From positions 186,001 through 250,000 of the forward strand of contig MU053652.1 in assembly GCA_013239625.1 (NCBI GenBank): a stretch of 64,000 bases of DNA, in the 5' to 3' direction. Shown in pieces: positions 26,690 through 39,900 of this stretch. A model generated the notes under the pieces. That model had not been told where the DNA came from, did not search any database, and was given only the letters and a program-made list of their open reading frames with translations. The stretch comes from Lama guanicoe (lineage: Eukaryota). Position numbers and translations under genes: made by a program. Every line of letters begins with the position of its first letter. The first letter of the stretch is position 1.

Positions 26690-26910
26690 CAGGATAAATA
26701 ATTAAAATAAATGTTAGGCGGTGAGAATGCTGGGGAGACAAGTGAAGCAGAGGAAGTGGGTGAGTGTTGGGTGGAGTGGGATGGGGGCTCTAGGCAGAGA
26801 GATTTTACACAGGATGTGCAGGGAAGACCTGAGACAGTGATGTGTGAGCAAAGGCCTGGAAGGCTGAGGGAGTGAGCCCTGTGGTTACCTGGGGGGACAG
26901 TGGCCGGGAT
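26690..26910 (-). mobile_element. L2 fragment
   Basis: cagggaagacctgagacagtgatgtgtgagcaaaggcctggaagg...gagtgagccctgtgg typical of L2. Confidence 0.6.
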
Positions 26911-28679
26911 GGTGTTAACACAACGCACGCACTCTCCTCAGTAGCTTAATTTCATATGTGCATCGGAACCAACCAACATCCTTCACCTAAAATCTACCTT
27001 GCCTTTTCTGTTTTTCTTTTCCTTCTTTTGTCTAGCTTTCTGAATCATATGTTGATTGGGTTTTTAAGGACTTCCCCCCCGCCCAACAAACAAGCAAGTG
27101 GAGTTATTATTTAGGTAAAATGAGTGACCCAAGGGAAAAAGTCTTTATTTGGTAGAATTGATAGTTAGATCAGTAATTCTGCTACAACTCACAAGTACTG
27201 CAATTTCAGGAAAAATAGATTGGGTCTTGGTACCTAAGCTCAATGGTTTAGTAAATATAGAATTTAAATATTCCACAGTGGCAATGGAGAATACTTTTGA
27301 CTTGCCAATTGGTAGGAAGTGCTATTTCTTACGAGATTTAGAGAATTAGAGGTATGCACCAGGGTAATAGAATTTTCAAGAGACCCTTATAAACTAGGGT
27401 GAAAATTAGATGTGGGGCTTCAGCGTCTGGGATTCTAATTTAACACGCTGTGGAATTCACCTCATCAAATTGCAAAACTAATCTCTCATGCCAACAACTT
27501 GCCTGGGTTAATAAAAAACCTGGAGCTTTTCACATGTTAATAAATTTGAGAAAATATAAAACTGCAGCCCTTTCTCCTTCCTAAATGCAAGCAGGAAATA
27601 TGTGACCTTAGCTGAGCCACTTTGATGGGAAGGAGGCATTCTAATTAGTGGATCAAATTGCTCTCATCTTTCTTAGTTCTCAGGCAACAAAACTTGCTGC
27701 ATTTGCTTTTTAAAAACAGTGATACCGTAGATTCTGTCTGGTGCTCGCTGATTTTTATATTGAGAAGCTGTTCTTTGTGTGTTGATTTCACCATCTTTCT
27801 AAACAACACCCTCTACTATTAACAGAGTTTGTGATCGGGGTGTTTTTATTCATCAGGTACATTAGCGAAGAGTTATCATATGTGATCACTTCTCAAAAAA
27901 GTATGAAAACAATAGTATACGATGCTTCTGCACTGGGAAATCTGAGGGACAAGAATGCAGCCTCTCATCAACACTGATGAGACAATGATGGGGTTTGAGA
28001 GAAGAGGGTCAGGTCATTCTCCGGGTGTCCTCACACCTCCCTTCCCCCCCGGCCCCTCACGGTGAGAAAGCCCCAGAGCGCAGAATTCTGGGCATTGTTG
28101 CTGTTCACACCTTCCAGTCACAGCCTGGGTTTCACTTTTTTTCCTCACTTCTCTTTTAGTTTTTGGCTGATTTATTTTATTAAGGGAGATAAATATTATG
28201 TGTATGTAACTAGTCTATACATATAAACCTATTTGTATGTATTATGTACAGAGATATGTGTTATTTTACTGAGTTTTCCTCACTCTATTTGTATTGTTTT
28301 GTTTATATTCCTATCCTGTTTGAAAATTTATCTATTTAATCTTTGTGTTCTCTATTTTGTCTTTTAAAATGTATTAGTGTACATGTACATGTCTTAGTGT
28401 TAACACTTTTAAAATACTTATTTTGATGTTTTAGTTTTAAATAGCTGTTTTGCCTTCTCAAATGTTTTTCATTTAAGTCTAATTTGGGGACTTTTTACTA
28501 TGTTTTTTTTAAATTTGAGTTTTTATTTATTCTTGATTTCTTGGTTTTTAAATTCTTGTTCCTAAGCTTTTATGTATCACACGAACTTAAAGTTTTAGCT
28601 TTCTATATTTAAATTATTTGATTTCTCACATTGTATGAATAGAAGCGGAAAACTGACCCCGCATAACCTACACATAGAG

Positions 28680-28808
28680 TAAGCTGATCTATTATTATGT
28701 ACACTGGAATGCTTTTGAGAACAAAAGGGAGCCCTGTTCATAATTTTGCTGGGACAATAGGCATGAACTGGGACTGCCCCAAGCAAACCAGGATGCGTGA
28801 TCACTCAG
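28680..28808 (+). mobile_element. MER81-like hAT MITE
   Basis: cttttgagaacaaaagggag...gggacaataggcatgaactgggactgccccaagcaaaccaggatgcgtgatcact resembles recalled MER81. Confidence 0.65.
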
Positions 28809-29645
28809 CCCCTAAGGGAACTTCCAGCTCCTCCCCATGTCAGCATTCCCCGGCCCCACAAAACACTGTAGCATTTCTGGTTTTCCCTAATAGATCCTTC
28901 CTATCTTCCAAACATGCATTGCCAAAAGTCCTTATAAAAATTTAAAAAGTTAATATTTATCGAGCATTTACCATTCGATAAGCACTTTGTGTGGACAGTT
29001 CTGGGGGGAACAAGGTATGAACTTCCCCTGAAGGTAGATGCAGGTTCCTCCCGGACTGGGATGGGGTGGCTACTCCCTGTCTGCCCTTCCCACGCTGAGG
29101 TGAGTTTCCGAGAGCTCACGCACAGTGGTCTTTGATTCCCTTCCTGGTGGATTTGGGGCCAGCCTTGCCAACAACATGCTACCACACAAGAGGGAAAAGG
29201 CCGAGGGATGGTCTACTGGCAATGACCTCTCAATAGTCCTGGCTGACCTGGTGAAATAATACATAACCTTAGGGAAGTGGCACCGGAGGGTCCCCGGCAG
29301 GCTGTCCACTTACTCTCCTCTCTACCTCCCTCTAATTGAGGATTCTTATGCTTCTCTGTAGTTTGACTCTTCTCCTCTATTGACAAAACAAATTTTCCGG
29401 TACATGCAGCTCTTTCGCCTCATTACATCTGGGGAAGATGGCTAATGCCATGGTTAGCCCTAAAAGGACATCTTTTTAAAATGGGAGAGCCATATTTCTG
29501 CTCAACACCTTCTCACACAGAACCCTAACTGGACGTCCATGGCTCTCTTTGATGGCTAGAAGTTTGGAAAAATCCATGCTACCTCCCCAAGCAGATCTTA
29601 GCTGTCCCCGAGGAAAAGCTGGTCTCTTACAATAATTACCCCTAT

Positions 29646-29823
29646 CATATTTTATTGAATCTAAGATGTTATAAATTGTAACATACACCATCATTTTATA
29701 TTCCACCAAGAAAGAAAAACAATGCTGCCAATTCAACCATGGCATGCCATCAATTTTAAAATGTGCCCTGATTTTTAAAATATTAAAATGTGAAAAATGT
29801 GTCTCAGAATCAATAGAATACTT
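29646..29823 (-). mobile_element. MER104-like TcMar (Tc2) MITE
   Basis: Degenerate TIRs tattttattgaatctaagat / gtctcagaatcaatagaatac with internal aagaaagaaaaacaatgctgccaatt. Confidence 0.7.
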
Positions 29824-30011
29824 TGTTTTTCCTTCAATTTTTCACGACTTGATTATTAATTCTCCACCAAGACCCACCACAGGGGGCTGGAGACTTGAGG
29901 CTGGAGACCTCATTCATTACAACATGATTCATTACAACCTGCCCCACCCCTGCCCACCCCCAGCTCTGTGCAATGACATCTCCATCAGTCCCTCCGTGAC
30001 TGAGCCTAGCA

Positions 30012-30140
30012 GTGGAGGAAACAGAGACTTGAGCAAATTACCTAAGGTCGGACTCCTGCGAATGGCTGAATCCGGGTCTGAACTCAGGAATTCTGACAGC
30101 AGTCTCACATAGTTAGCCATTATGTCATAGTGCCTCTCTA
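30012..30140 (-). mobile_element. MIR fragment
   Basis: gaggaaacagagac...cctaaggtc...tctgaactcagg. Confidence 0.6.
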
Positions 30141-30306
30141 CACATTTAGACAGGGCCTCTCAAAAGTTTGCTTTTTTGCAGGGGGAGGCGGGGGCTGTGA
30201 TTGTATCATATAGTCTATACTGCAGGACATGATAAGAAATGGCTGTGTCAAACTGAAGCTTAATCACTGCCTGTAAGGTGCGGAGGATGTGGTCCACGTG
30301 TTCAGA

Positions 30307-30325
30307 TAGCGCCCCCTTGGGGCGA
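30307..30325 (-). promoter_or_regulatory. CTCF-binding motif
   Basis: rc TCGCCCCAAGGGGGCGCTA, 16/19 to consensus TGGCCACCAGGGGGCGCTA; local CpG retention. Confidence 0.65.
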
Positions 30326-31199
30326 ACTGGGAAAGAAAGGCCTCCTAAGTCTCCTTAACAAGAAAAGCTGTGCTGCTTCTGGGCGACCGCTTGACTTTAT
30401 CTGGAGGTCACCATGACGCTCGAAACTGTGGAACTGACTGTGCTTCCTTCTTCCCTGAGCCTCCCAGGAAGGTTAATTTTGCAGCCAACCTCTAACAGTT
30501 AGGGTTCGCATTTGATGTAATAAGGCATTGTCTTTTTTCTCTTTACCTTAATATCCTCGCTTTTTCATGTGCTATTTGATCAAACTGAATGCACCACCGT
30601 CTGCGTCCTCAAACCTTTTTGGAATGCAGTGGTCAACAATCCATCCATCCACCCATCTTTATGAACTTTTGAAAATTTTGCGTTTCCTAGAAGTTGAAAT
30701 GCAGGCATCCAGGTTCACACAGCAGTATATTTGCAGCTACCTGTCCTGACTTCCCATTTAATAAAAGACGAAAGACACCGCCCTTATAAAGTCCAAACAA
30801 AACAACAGTAACAAAAGTAACTGGCACTAAGAATAAAATCTAGAGGTAAGTTCACATGCAAAGTCTTGGAATATCTACTGAGTGCAGGATCCTGGGAGAG
30901 CAGAAAGAAAATATATCCTGGGAATAGCAGAGTAAATGTTAAAAGGTGTAGGAAAAGTTCAGTCAGCTCTCCCCTCTTGTTTTTCCTACTAGAATACAGA
31001 AGTCAGATTCCTCCGTTACTATAGAACTATTTTCTGAAATGCTTCCCCCTCCTCACTTTCCCTTCAGGCTTCAAGATGAAGAATTTGACAGTAAGAAAGT
31101 AACCCTATAAAAGAATTGGTAGTAAACATTGACATTGCTGAGAAAGCCAGAGAGAGAGGAAATAAGTATTGAATATAAAGTCAAAACAGCTCTTGAAGA

Positions 31200-32860
31200 T
31201 TTATTTGAGGAAAATAGAAAGGGGGGTGAGGTTTAATAAACTAAGTCTACAAACCCTGATTACATTTATAACTGTGGGAATGGGAAAGGCAGAGAAAAAT
31301 ACAAACATTTTAAATTCCATGCAGCAGATCAGAGTAGGGGAAAATATACCTTTCAAATTACTATCAATGAAAAGGACAAAATAATAGCAAAAGACATAAA
31401 CCAATAAGCAAAATGGTCAAAAAAGTCTAAAACTATCAAAATATAAGGTGAAATGATAGAAATAGGGCTGAACTCATCAGTATTAAAAATAAATAAAAAT
31501 AGTTTTACTCCACCACTGAAGTAAAGGCAGAAACTCGGACTGAGTTAAGGAAGAACATTCAACTGCATGTTTCTTACAACAGCGAGACCACAGTCAAGTT
31601 ACATAGAATAACACAGAGGAGAGAATAAAATGATTCAGGCAAACAAAATTGAGCAGAGGTTGCACTGGCATCCTCAGAGGAAGGTTCAAAGCAAAAAGGG
31701 TTCAGTGAAACAAAGGGACCCTTTTATATTGAAACAAGGTGAAATCCATAATTATGAAATAAAAGTCCTGAGCATGTATAAGCTGATTAATGTAACATCA
31801 AAATCTAAATAACAAGAAAACTAGAAAACTGTAAAAAGCAAACAAAATAAAGGAAAAACATTCAAATAGCAAAAAAACTATTTAAGAAGAAAGAGACAGA
31901 AACACAACTATAGCGAGATACTATAATACCAGTATCATTTATGACAGGGCAAGTTGACAAAAATAAGAGGTAGTTTGAGTGATACAATCAGAAAAATCAA
32001 ATTGATAGATGTAGCAAAATTTTATACCATAGGCTTTCTTTTCAATCTCATTGATGATTAAAAAAAAATCCAGCACATACCAAGGCATAAAGAACATCAA
32101 TAACATTTATAAAATATAAATTACATAAGCCATATTTTCATTTCTTCCTTGAAATCCACCAAGAATGTATAAAGAAAAAAAAAATCTCTCAGAGTAACTG
32201 GCAAGCACAAAAAGTCCCAAAACTACAATGGTACACCCTTCAGAACTGCACTCTTCAATGTCGTAGCCACTAGTAACATGTAGTTACCTACTACCACATT
32301 AATGAAAAGTAAGCAGAATTGGAAATTCAGCTCCTCAGTCATACTAGCCACACTTTATGTGCCCCATAGCCACGTGGAGCTAGTGGTGGCCACAGTGGAC
32401 GGTGCAGATATTCCTACCTATTTCCATCATCACCAAAAGCTCTCCTGAACAAGTACTGCTTTTAGAAAATAGATTTCATGATCAAACACAAGCAAACGCT
32501 ACAGAAGAAAACAGAGCTAAAAGCGTCTCTATTTAAAATATAGACCAATGACAAAGCGAGATGGGTATTTAAAACAAACGGGAACCAAACAGTTAATATT
32601 TAATAGATTGAGCTCTCACAAAAGTATAGGAGAAAACACTGGCATCCCAGGATAAAAATGTAACAAAGATATGAACCAGCAATTCACTAGGATGGAAATA
32701 CTAATAAAAAATAAAAATGAGAAATATTAAACCTAATCAACAGAATAACATTTGTGAACCATCAAATTAGTAGTGATAAAAAATTGTAATACAGTTTATG
32801 CTAATAAGGGTGTGGTGAAATGGTCAGTCATCTGCTGAAGACAAAAAAAAAATTGACAAA
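31200..32860 (+). mobile_element. Very old L1 fragments (L1ME-like)
   Basis: A-rich degenerate ORF2 endonuclease and late-ORF2 motifs, interrupted by MER3. Confidence 0.55.
32246..32458 (-). mobile_element. MER3 (hAT-Charlie) MITE
   Basis: gtagccactag...aattcagctcctcagtcatactagccaca...tttccatcatcac matches rc MER3, ~210 bp. Confidence 0.8.
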
Positions 32861-32897
32861 TTCATTCTAGAAAAGCCTCCACCCAACCCATTAGGAG

Positions 32898-33077
32898 CAG
32901 TGGTTCTCAAACCTGGCTACCCAAAGGAATCACCCTGGAAACTTTTTGAAAAATTACCATGCTTTAGCACGCCCCTGCCCCCAGTTTCTTAATGAATTGG
33001 CTCAGGAGGGAGCCTGAACAGTGTTGTTGTTTAATCTTATGGAGAGTCTGATGTGCTGACCACGTTGCGAACCATCA
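32898..33077 (+). mobile_element. MER5 family (MER5B-like) hAT MITE
   Basis: TIR cagtggttctcaaac ... gttgcgaacca; internal gaatcacc and tctgatgtgc. Confidence 0.75.
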
Positions 33078-34035
33078 CTCCAGAGACATAACTTCAAGGT
33101 CCAGGGAATGTGGACGTGAAGCGCAGGACCTCACTGCTTGACTCCCCATGTGGGGCTGTACCAGGCAGCCAGCTGACTGCATTCCCAATATATGCATGTG
33201 CTGGGAACTCAGCAAGGACCGAACACTGCATGGGTGTCAAGGCAGAGAGGGGCCGAGACAGACCCCTGGCCGCGGATTGGCACAGTGGAGCAATTGGCTT
33301 ATGATGTGCTTTCATGAAGAGAACCAGAGTTACGTAAAAAAGAGAGCTGACGTACCTGGAATGGTCAAAATAATGGGGACGTGGCAGCAGCTACAGGCAT
33401 GGTCCCTGGAGAGGAGGCAAATCCCAAGACTTTCTTGTTAATGCAGGAACCAGATGCCTCCCCCAGATGCCTTAAAATTCCATCATAACACCCTGGAAGT
33501 TGGATGAAATTCCAGGCTAAAAGCAAGACAGAGGCAACAGAATTGACTGAGACTGGCCCGAGTTGACAGAGAATGAGATTGTTTCTTTCACTTTCGATTT
33601 GAGCTTACAATTAAGAGTTTGTGGCCGAAGGTACTCATGCTCACTACATACACAACATCTAGCTTAATTTTCGAAAGAATCCTAACATGCAATCCTGTTA
33701 TAATCCTAATTTTATAGATCAGAGCACTGTGATACAGATAGGAAGCAATTTACACTTCCAACAATTTTTGCCTTATATATGTGGACGTTATATGACTCAC
33801 TTCATACACCTCAAAGGGTTCATGATCGTTATATCTTAGTAATGGGATGTACCTGTTTTTGTGAAAGGGTATTTTATGTATCATTTAATGATTTTTGTCT
33901 TGACCTCTTATTTCACCGGATTACAATATTGCTACCCCTGCTTTTTTTTAATTTGTGTGATGCTTACTTTTGATGCTTCTGTAAGCATTTCTTTACATAC
34001 CATTAACTTCTCTACAGTCAGCAGGTAATCCAGGA

Positions 34036-34103
34036 AGGGAGGCAGTGAGGGAAGGAGGAAGAGGAAAGAAGGAAGGAGGAAGGGGAAGGGAAGGAAAGGG
34101 AAA
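34036..34103. repeat. Purine-rich (GGAA)n-type simple repeat
   Basis: gggaaggaggaagaggaaagaaggaaggaggaaggggaagggaaggaaaggg. Confidence 0.85.
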
Positions 34104-34219
34104 CACAATCCTAGTAAGAGGGCTCTTATTTATATAAGTTAAGAAGGAAAAAAACAAAGAAAATAAATGTTTTGAATAATACAATTATGACTGAACTAAT
34201 ACACACCTCAAATTTTTTG

Positions 34220-36970
34220 TATGCTACAAACGCCTTCTTTTCAGTACTCATTCATTGTAAAACGCATAGTAAACCAGAAATTAAATGAAAATTCTTTTTC
34301 CAGAGAAGATGATCTGCCAAAAATCTACAGCATTTTTCACACTTAATAGAGACACACTAGAAAGATTTTTAAAATTGTAAGTGAGATAAGGATGCCCGCT
34401 ATTGTGGGAGTGCAAACTTGGGTTAACAAACTTTGATCCTGTAATAATTGCTCTACCAAGGCATATTCTCACCTGTATGTAAACACATAAGAAATGTAAA
34501 ATCAAAACCAGTGCTTTCTATATTTGTCATTATACTGCTGCTTCAAAGCAAAATGTCCAAAAGCACAAAAGACTGAACTCGCAGTACCAGTCACCACCTT
34601 ATCGACAGAGCTTAGCTTAGTTGCCTTGAAGCTGCTTTGCCAGCGCGAATCTGCTACAACCTGTCTCCTCGCTGTAAAAAGCAGAGACATGCTTTGCTTG
34701 CGTTGCTTAGTTCGAGGTCATAGGTTCAGGGCTGCTTGTGCTTATGGAAAGCCGTAACTCGTCCCCTGCCCTAACCGGCAGGACACGCGTCGCTCTCCGG
34801 CGCAGGCGGACAGTGCGGGCCGCTCCTGCTCACGGAAGACCGTGACTCAGCCCTCAGCTGGGGACAGCCGCGCTGCTTCGCGTGCTGCGATGACTTCTGA
34901 TGGTTGTATGGAGACTCTGTCGTGGTCTGGGTTTTCATTATCAATTATTCAGAACACTGTAAACTTGCTCATGACTGTTTGGGGCTTGAACTGACTGTTT
35001 GTACTATCAATATTGTAACCTTCTCTCTCAGTATAAATTAAGATTATATAATGTTTCTGTTTTTCACGAACTGAAACTACTGACCTGCATCCCTGCACAT
35101 ACACTGTGCCCCTTACTCATTCCTATGATGTACTTCGCTTTGATTCTTTGACTCTTCTCAATGAATACAAGAGATTTGGAGGGCTCGGAGAGTTGGACTC
35201 CGGCTGCCTCTCACTCTCTTGACCTGACAAAGTCTTGAGTCATTTTGTTCTTCCGCGGTGGAACTTTTGCTGGACAAAACCCACGACGAACAAAACCCAC
35301 ACGCTATCGTTGCTTCTACTCAACATTATATTAGAGGTTCTCTCCAGGGAAGTTTTTAAAAGAAAAAATAATGAAATAAACAAATTTTAAAAATAGAGAA
35401 CAATAATAGACATGGAAAGAAAGGGGAAAATTACCATTTTTGATGATGATATGTGGAAGGAAATCCTGAAATAATCTACAAACATATTGTTAGACTTAAT
35501 AATACACATGACATCTGTGGAAATGAAATGCATTCCATACACCAGTCACAGAAAATATAATCTTAAAAAATATTCCACTTACAATAACCAAAATAAAAGG
35601 TACCCAGGAATAAATCTCTCTAAAGATACAAGGTCCTTCATAGAGAAAATTTAATAACTTTATTAAAGGAATTAAAGAAAACCTACACAGAGGGAGCAAG
35701 TTATAGACAGAGAGATACAACATAAAGAAAACAAGCTTCCTCAAGTTCACGAACTAAATGTAATTCTAACTTCAAACAGGGCATTGGGTAGAGTTTGATA
35801 CATATTCTAAAATCACTTGGAAAGGCAAGATGTGAAAAATAGTCAAGATAATTTTGAAGAAAATCAAAGTGTACAACTTATCCTACCATACTGTAAGATT
35901 TATTATAAATATATAGTAAATAAAACAGTAACAAAGAACAGAGATTCCAGAAACAGATCCAAGCACTTATGGAAACAATATGAAAGACATGGTCTTACAG
36001 ATTAGAGAGAAAAAGAGGTGGAACAACTGGAAAAAATTTAAGACTTACCTCACACCACACACAAAAATCCATTGCAGGTAGAATATAGACCTAAACTGGA
36101 AAGGCAAACTCAAAAAAAAAAAAAAAAGCATTTAGAATAGTATCTAGGGAACTATAGTTATGACTATGGCATAGGGAAGGAATTCATAAGCCATAAAAAA
36201 GCATAAACTATCAAGAAAAGTTTGAAAAATTTGGCTATATTGAAAGCTTTTATTCATTAAAATATAACATTTTAAAAAGTGAAAAGACAAGACACAGCCT
36301 TTAAAAAGATGTGCAATACATACAACTAAAGAATCAATAACCAGAATATATAAATAAATCCTGCAAATTGATAAGAAAAAGATAATAATCCAATTTAAAA
36401 CTAGACAAAGCATATAAATAGGGAATTTACAGAAGATGAGCCATAAATAGCTAATAAACATAAAAAATGTTCAACTTTGGAGAAATTCAAAGCACCACAA
36501 TGAGTTTACATTAACAACTACTGAATTAGCAATAAAAACACTGCTAATTCCACTTGCTGGTGAAGATGTGTAAAAATAAACTCTTTTACATATTTGTGAA
36601 GGCATACTAGAGTAACTAATGTAGTGTTATCTTGTAAAGTTAAAAATTTATATACTATAACACAGCCATTCCATTCCTAAATAAAAATGTTTTTTAGCTG
36701 CCCCTTTTGATGTAGCAAAAAAAAAAAAAAACCAAAAAACATTTAGCATTCATCAACAGGAAAGTGGATAAATTATGGATAAACTCTTGCAGTGGACTAT
36801 TATATAGCAGTGAAAAATCTTTAAAACAATACAATGTTCATGGCTTAAACCCACAAACATGATATTGAGAAAAAAGTTAATTGATGGATATATACAGTAT
36901 AAAATAAAGTTTAAAGTCATGGTGAACACAAGCATATGTTGTTTAGGGATCAAGACATATATACTAAAGT
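34220..36970 (+). mobile_element. Old L1 (L1ME-like) ORF2 3' half + 3'UTR, split by an LTR insertion
   Basis: The L1 phrase aaggatgcccgctat|cgttgcttctactcaacattatattagaggt is continuous once the LTR and one TSD copy are removed. Confidence 0.75.
34403..35301 (+). mobile_element. Young class II (ERV-K/betaretrovirus-like) solo LTR, 899 bp
   Basis: Termini TGTGGG...CCCACA (perfect inverted), perfect 6-bp TSD cgctat (34397-34402 / 35302-35307), CpG-rich core, TATAAA 35032-35037, variant poly(A) signal AATGAA/AATACA 35160-35169. Confidence 0.9.
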
Positions 36971-39900
36971 CTTTATCAAATTTAAGACAGTCTCCTTAAT
37001 TCCTAGATTTATCGTGATTGGGTGTATTTGGCTTTGTTAAATGCTTTTTCTGCTTTAATTGATCTGATCATATAATTTTTCTGGTTTAGCCTGTTATTAT
37101 GGTAGATTACATTGGTTGATTTTAACTAGTGAACAGCCCTGCATCCCTGAGTTATATCTCAGTTGGTCATGGTGTGTAATCCTTTTTATGTATTGCTGAA
37201 TTTTATTTGCTGATATTTTGGTAAGGATTTTTACATCTACAGTCATGAGTGATATTGATTTGTAGCTTTCTTTTTTGTACCATCTGTCTGATTTTGGTAT
37301 CCGGGTAATATTGGCTTCATAAAGTAAGTTGGGAATTGTCCTTTCCTTTTTCATTTCCTGAAAGATTATGTAGAATTGGTGTGAATTCTTCTGTAAGTAT
37401 TTGGTAAAATTCTCCAGTGAAAGCATCTGGACCTGGAGATTTCTTTTTCATAATTCAATTATAAATTCTTTAATTCAATTTAATTATTCAATTCCTGTAA
37501 TATATGTATTGGGTTATTCAAACAATCTATTCCATATTGTGTGAGTTGTAGTTTGTTTTTGAGGAATTGGTCCATTTCATCTAAGTTGTCAAATTACGTG
37601 TGTTGAGTTGTTAACAGTATTCCCTCATCCTTTTGATGGCTGCAGAATCTGTAGTTTTGTCCTATTTCTTTCTAATATCGGTAATTTGTGTCTTCTGACT
37701 TTTTTCCTTTGTCAGTTTTACCAGAGAGAAGTTGTCAATTTTACTTTTCAAAGACCTAGCTTTTTGTTTTATTGCTTTTTCTCTGTTGTTTTTCTGTTTT
37801 CATTTTCACTGATTTTTGCTCTTTATCATTTTTTTCTACTTACTTTGGGTTTGTTTTTATTTCCCAGGTTCTTAAGGTAGGAGATTCTTATGTAAGAATC
37901 CTCCTCTTTTCTAATGCAGGCATTCAATGCTATAACTTTCCCTTTCAGCGCTGTTTTAGCTCATCCCATAGATTTTGATATGGTGTCTTTTCACTTCCAT
38001 CAAGTTCCATGTATTTCTCAGTTCCCTTGAAACCTTCTCCTAGGCCCATAGGTTATGTAAGGCTGTTGTTTTGCTTCTAGATGCTTGGAGACTTTCCTAT
38101 CATCTGTTATTAATTTCTAGTTTGATTCCATTGTGGTCAGAGAATACACACTGTATGATTTCAATTCTTTTAAATTTGTTAGGTCTTTTCATGGTCCAGG
38201 ATATGGTCTATCTCGGTAAATATTCCACAAGCACTTGAAAAGGTTTATTGGGCTGTCATTAGATGGAATGTTCTATACATGTCAATTAAATCCTCTTGGT
38301 GGATGATGTTGAATTTGTATATATACTTGCTGATTTTGTCTAATTGTTCCATATGGCAGTTGTTGAGAAAGAGGTACTGAAATCTCCAACTGTAATTGTA
38401 AATCCGTTTTTCCTTTCAGTTCTATCAGTTTTGCTTCATACAGTTTGCAGCTCTGTTGTTTACTGCATACATAATCTTAGTATGTCTTCTTAGTGGATTG
38501 ACACTTTTTATCCTTATGCAATATATCTCGGTCTCTGGGAAATTTTTTTTCTCTGAAGCCTACATTATCTGATACTAATATTACCAGTTTTGCTTTCTTT
38601 TGATGAATGGTTACATGATATACACAAATACTTTTCCATTCTTTTATTTTCAACCTATGTTGTTAAATTTCAAGTGAGACACTTTATAATTGGGTTCTGT
38701 TTTTTTAATCCACTTGGCCAGACTCTGCCTTTTAATTGGTGTATTTAGATTATTTACTCTAATGTAATTATTGGTATATTAGGGCTTAAGGCTGCTTTTC
38801 ACTTTTTGTTTCGTTTTTCGGTCCTCTGTTGTCTATTTCCTGACTTCTTATGTGTCACTTGAACATTTTAAAAATTCTGTTTTTATTTATACATAATGCT
38901 CAACTATATCTCACAAAGTAGCTTTTTTGGTGATGTTCTAGGTATTACATTATTCATATATGGCTTTTCACACTCCACTGGTGTTGACATTTTAACAGTT
39001 TGAGAGAAATGTAGAATGCTTACCTCCTTTTAAGTCCCTTGACTTCTGTTTACAATATAATTGCCTTAAATTATACATGTCTTCTACATATATTGAGAAC
39101 CACATGAGACAATGTTATAATTTTTGCTCAAGCAGCTAACATAATTTAGAAAACTCAAGATGAGAAAGAATTTCTATTACATTTACCCATATTTTTACTT
39201 TCCATTGTTCTTTTTTCCTTTCTGATATTTTTAGATTTCCTTCTTTTATCATTTTCATTCTGTTTCAAAAAAAATTTTTTAAGCCATTCTTTTAGGATAG
39301 ATCTACTGGCAACATTTCCCTTAGTTTTCTTTCATCTGAAAAATGTCTTGATTTCCTCCTTCATTCCCAAAGGACTTTTTACTGAATAGAGAATTCTAGA
39401 TTGATGGGGTTTTTTTCTTTTAGCACTAGAAAATGTTGTTCAATTCCTGTGGCTTCTGGTGGTAGCATGATTTCTAAAGAGAAATTTGCTATCATTTGAC
39501 TTGTTTTTTCTTGATAATTAAGATATCATTTCTCTATTGCTGAAGGTATTTTTTCTTTAGTTTTCAGAAGTTTGACTACGATGTGTCTTATTGCAAATTT
39601 GCTGGGGTTTTATTCCATCTGGGATTCATCACCATCTTGAATTTGTAGAGTTTTGGCTTTTGCTAAATTGGGACAATTTTCAGTCATTATTTGTTTTAAT
39701 ACTTTTTCAGTCCCACACTCTTTTTGGTTCTCCTTCTGGATCTCTAATGACATAAGCATTAGACATTTTCACATAGTCCTACATGTCCCTGGAGCTCATT
39801 TTGTTTCAGCTTGATTTTCTCTCTGTTGTTCAGATTGGGTAATTTCAGTTGCTCTGTCTTCAAGTTCATTGATTGTTCTCTCTGTCCTCTCCATTTTACT

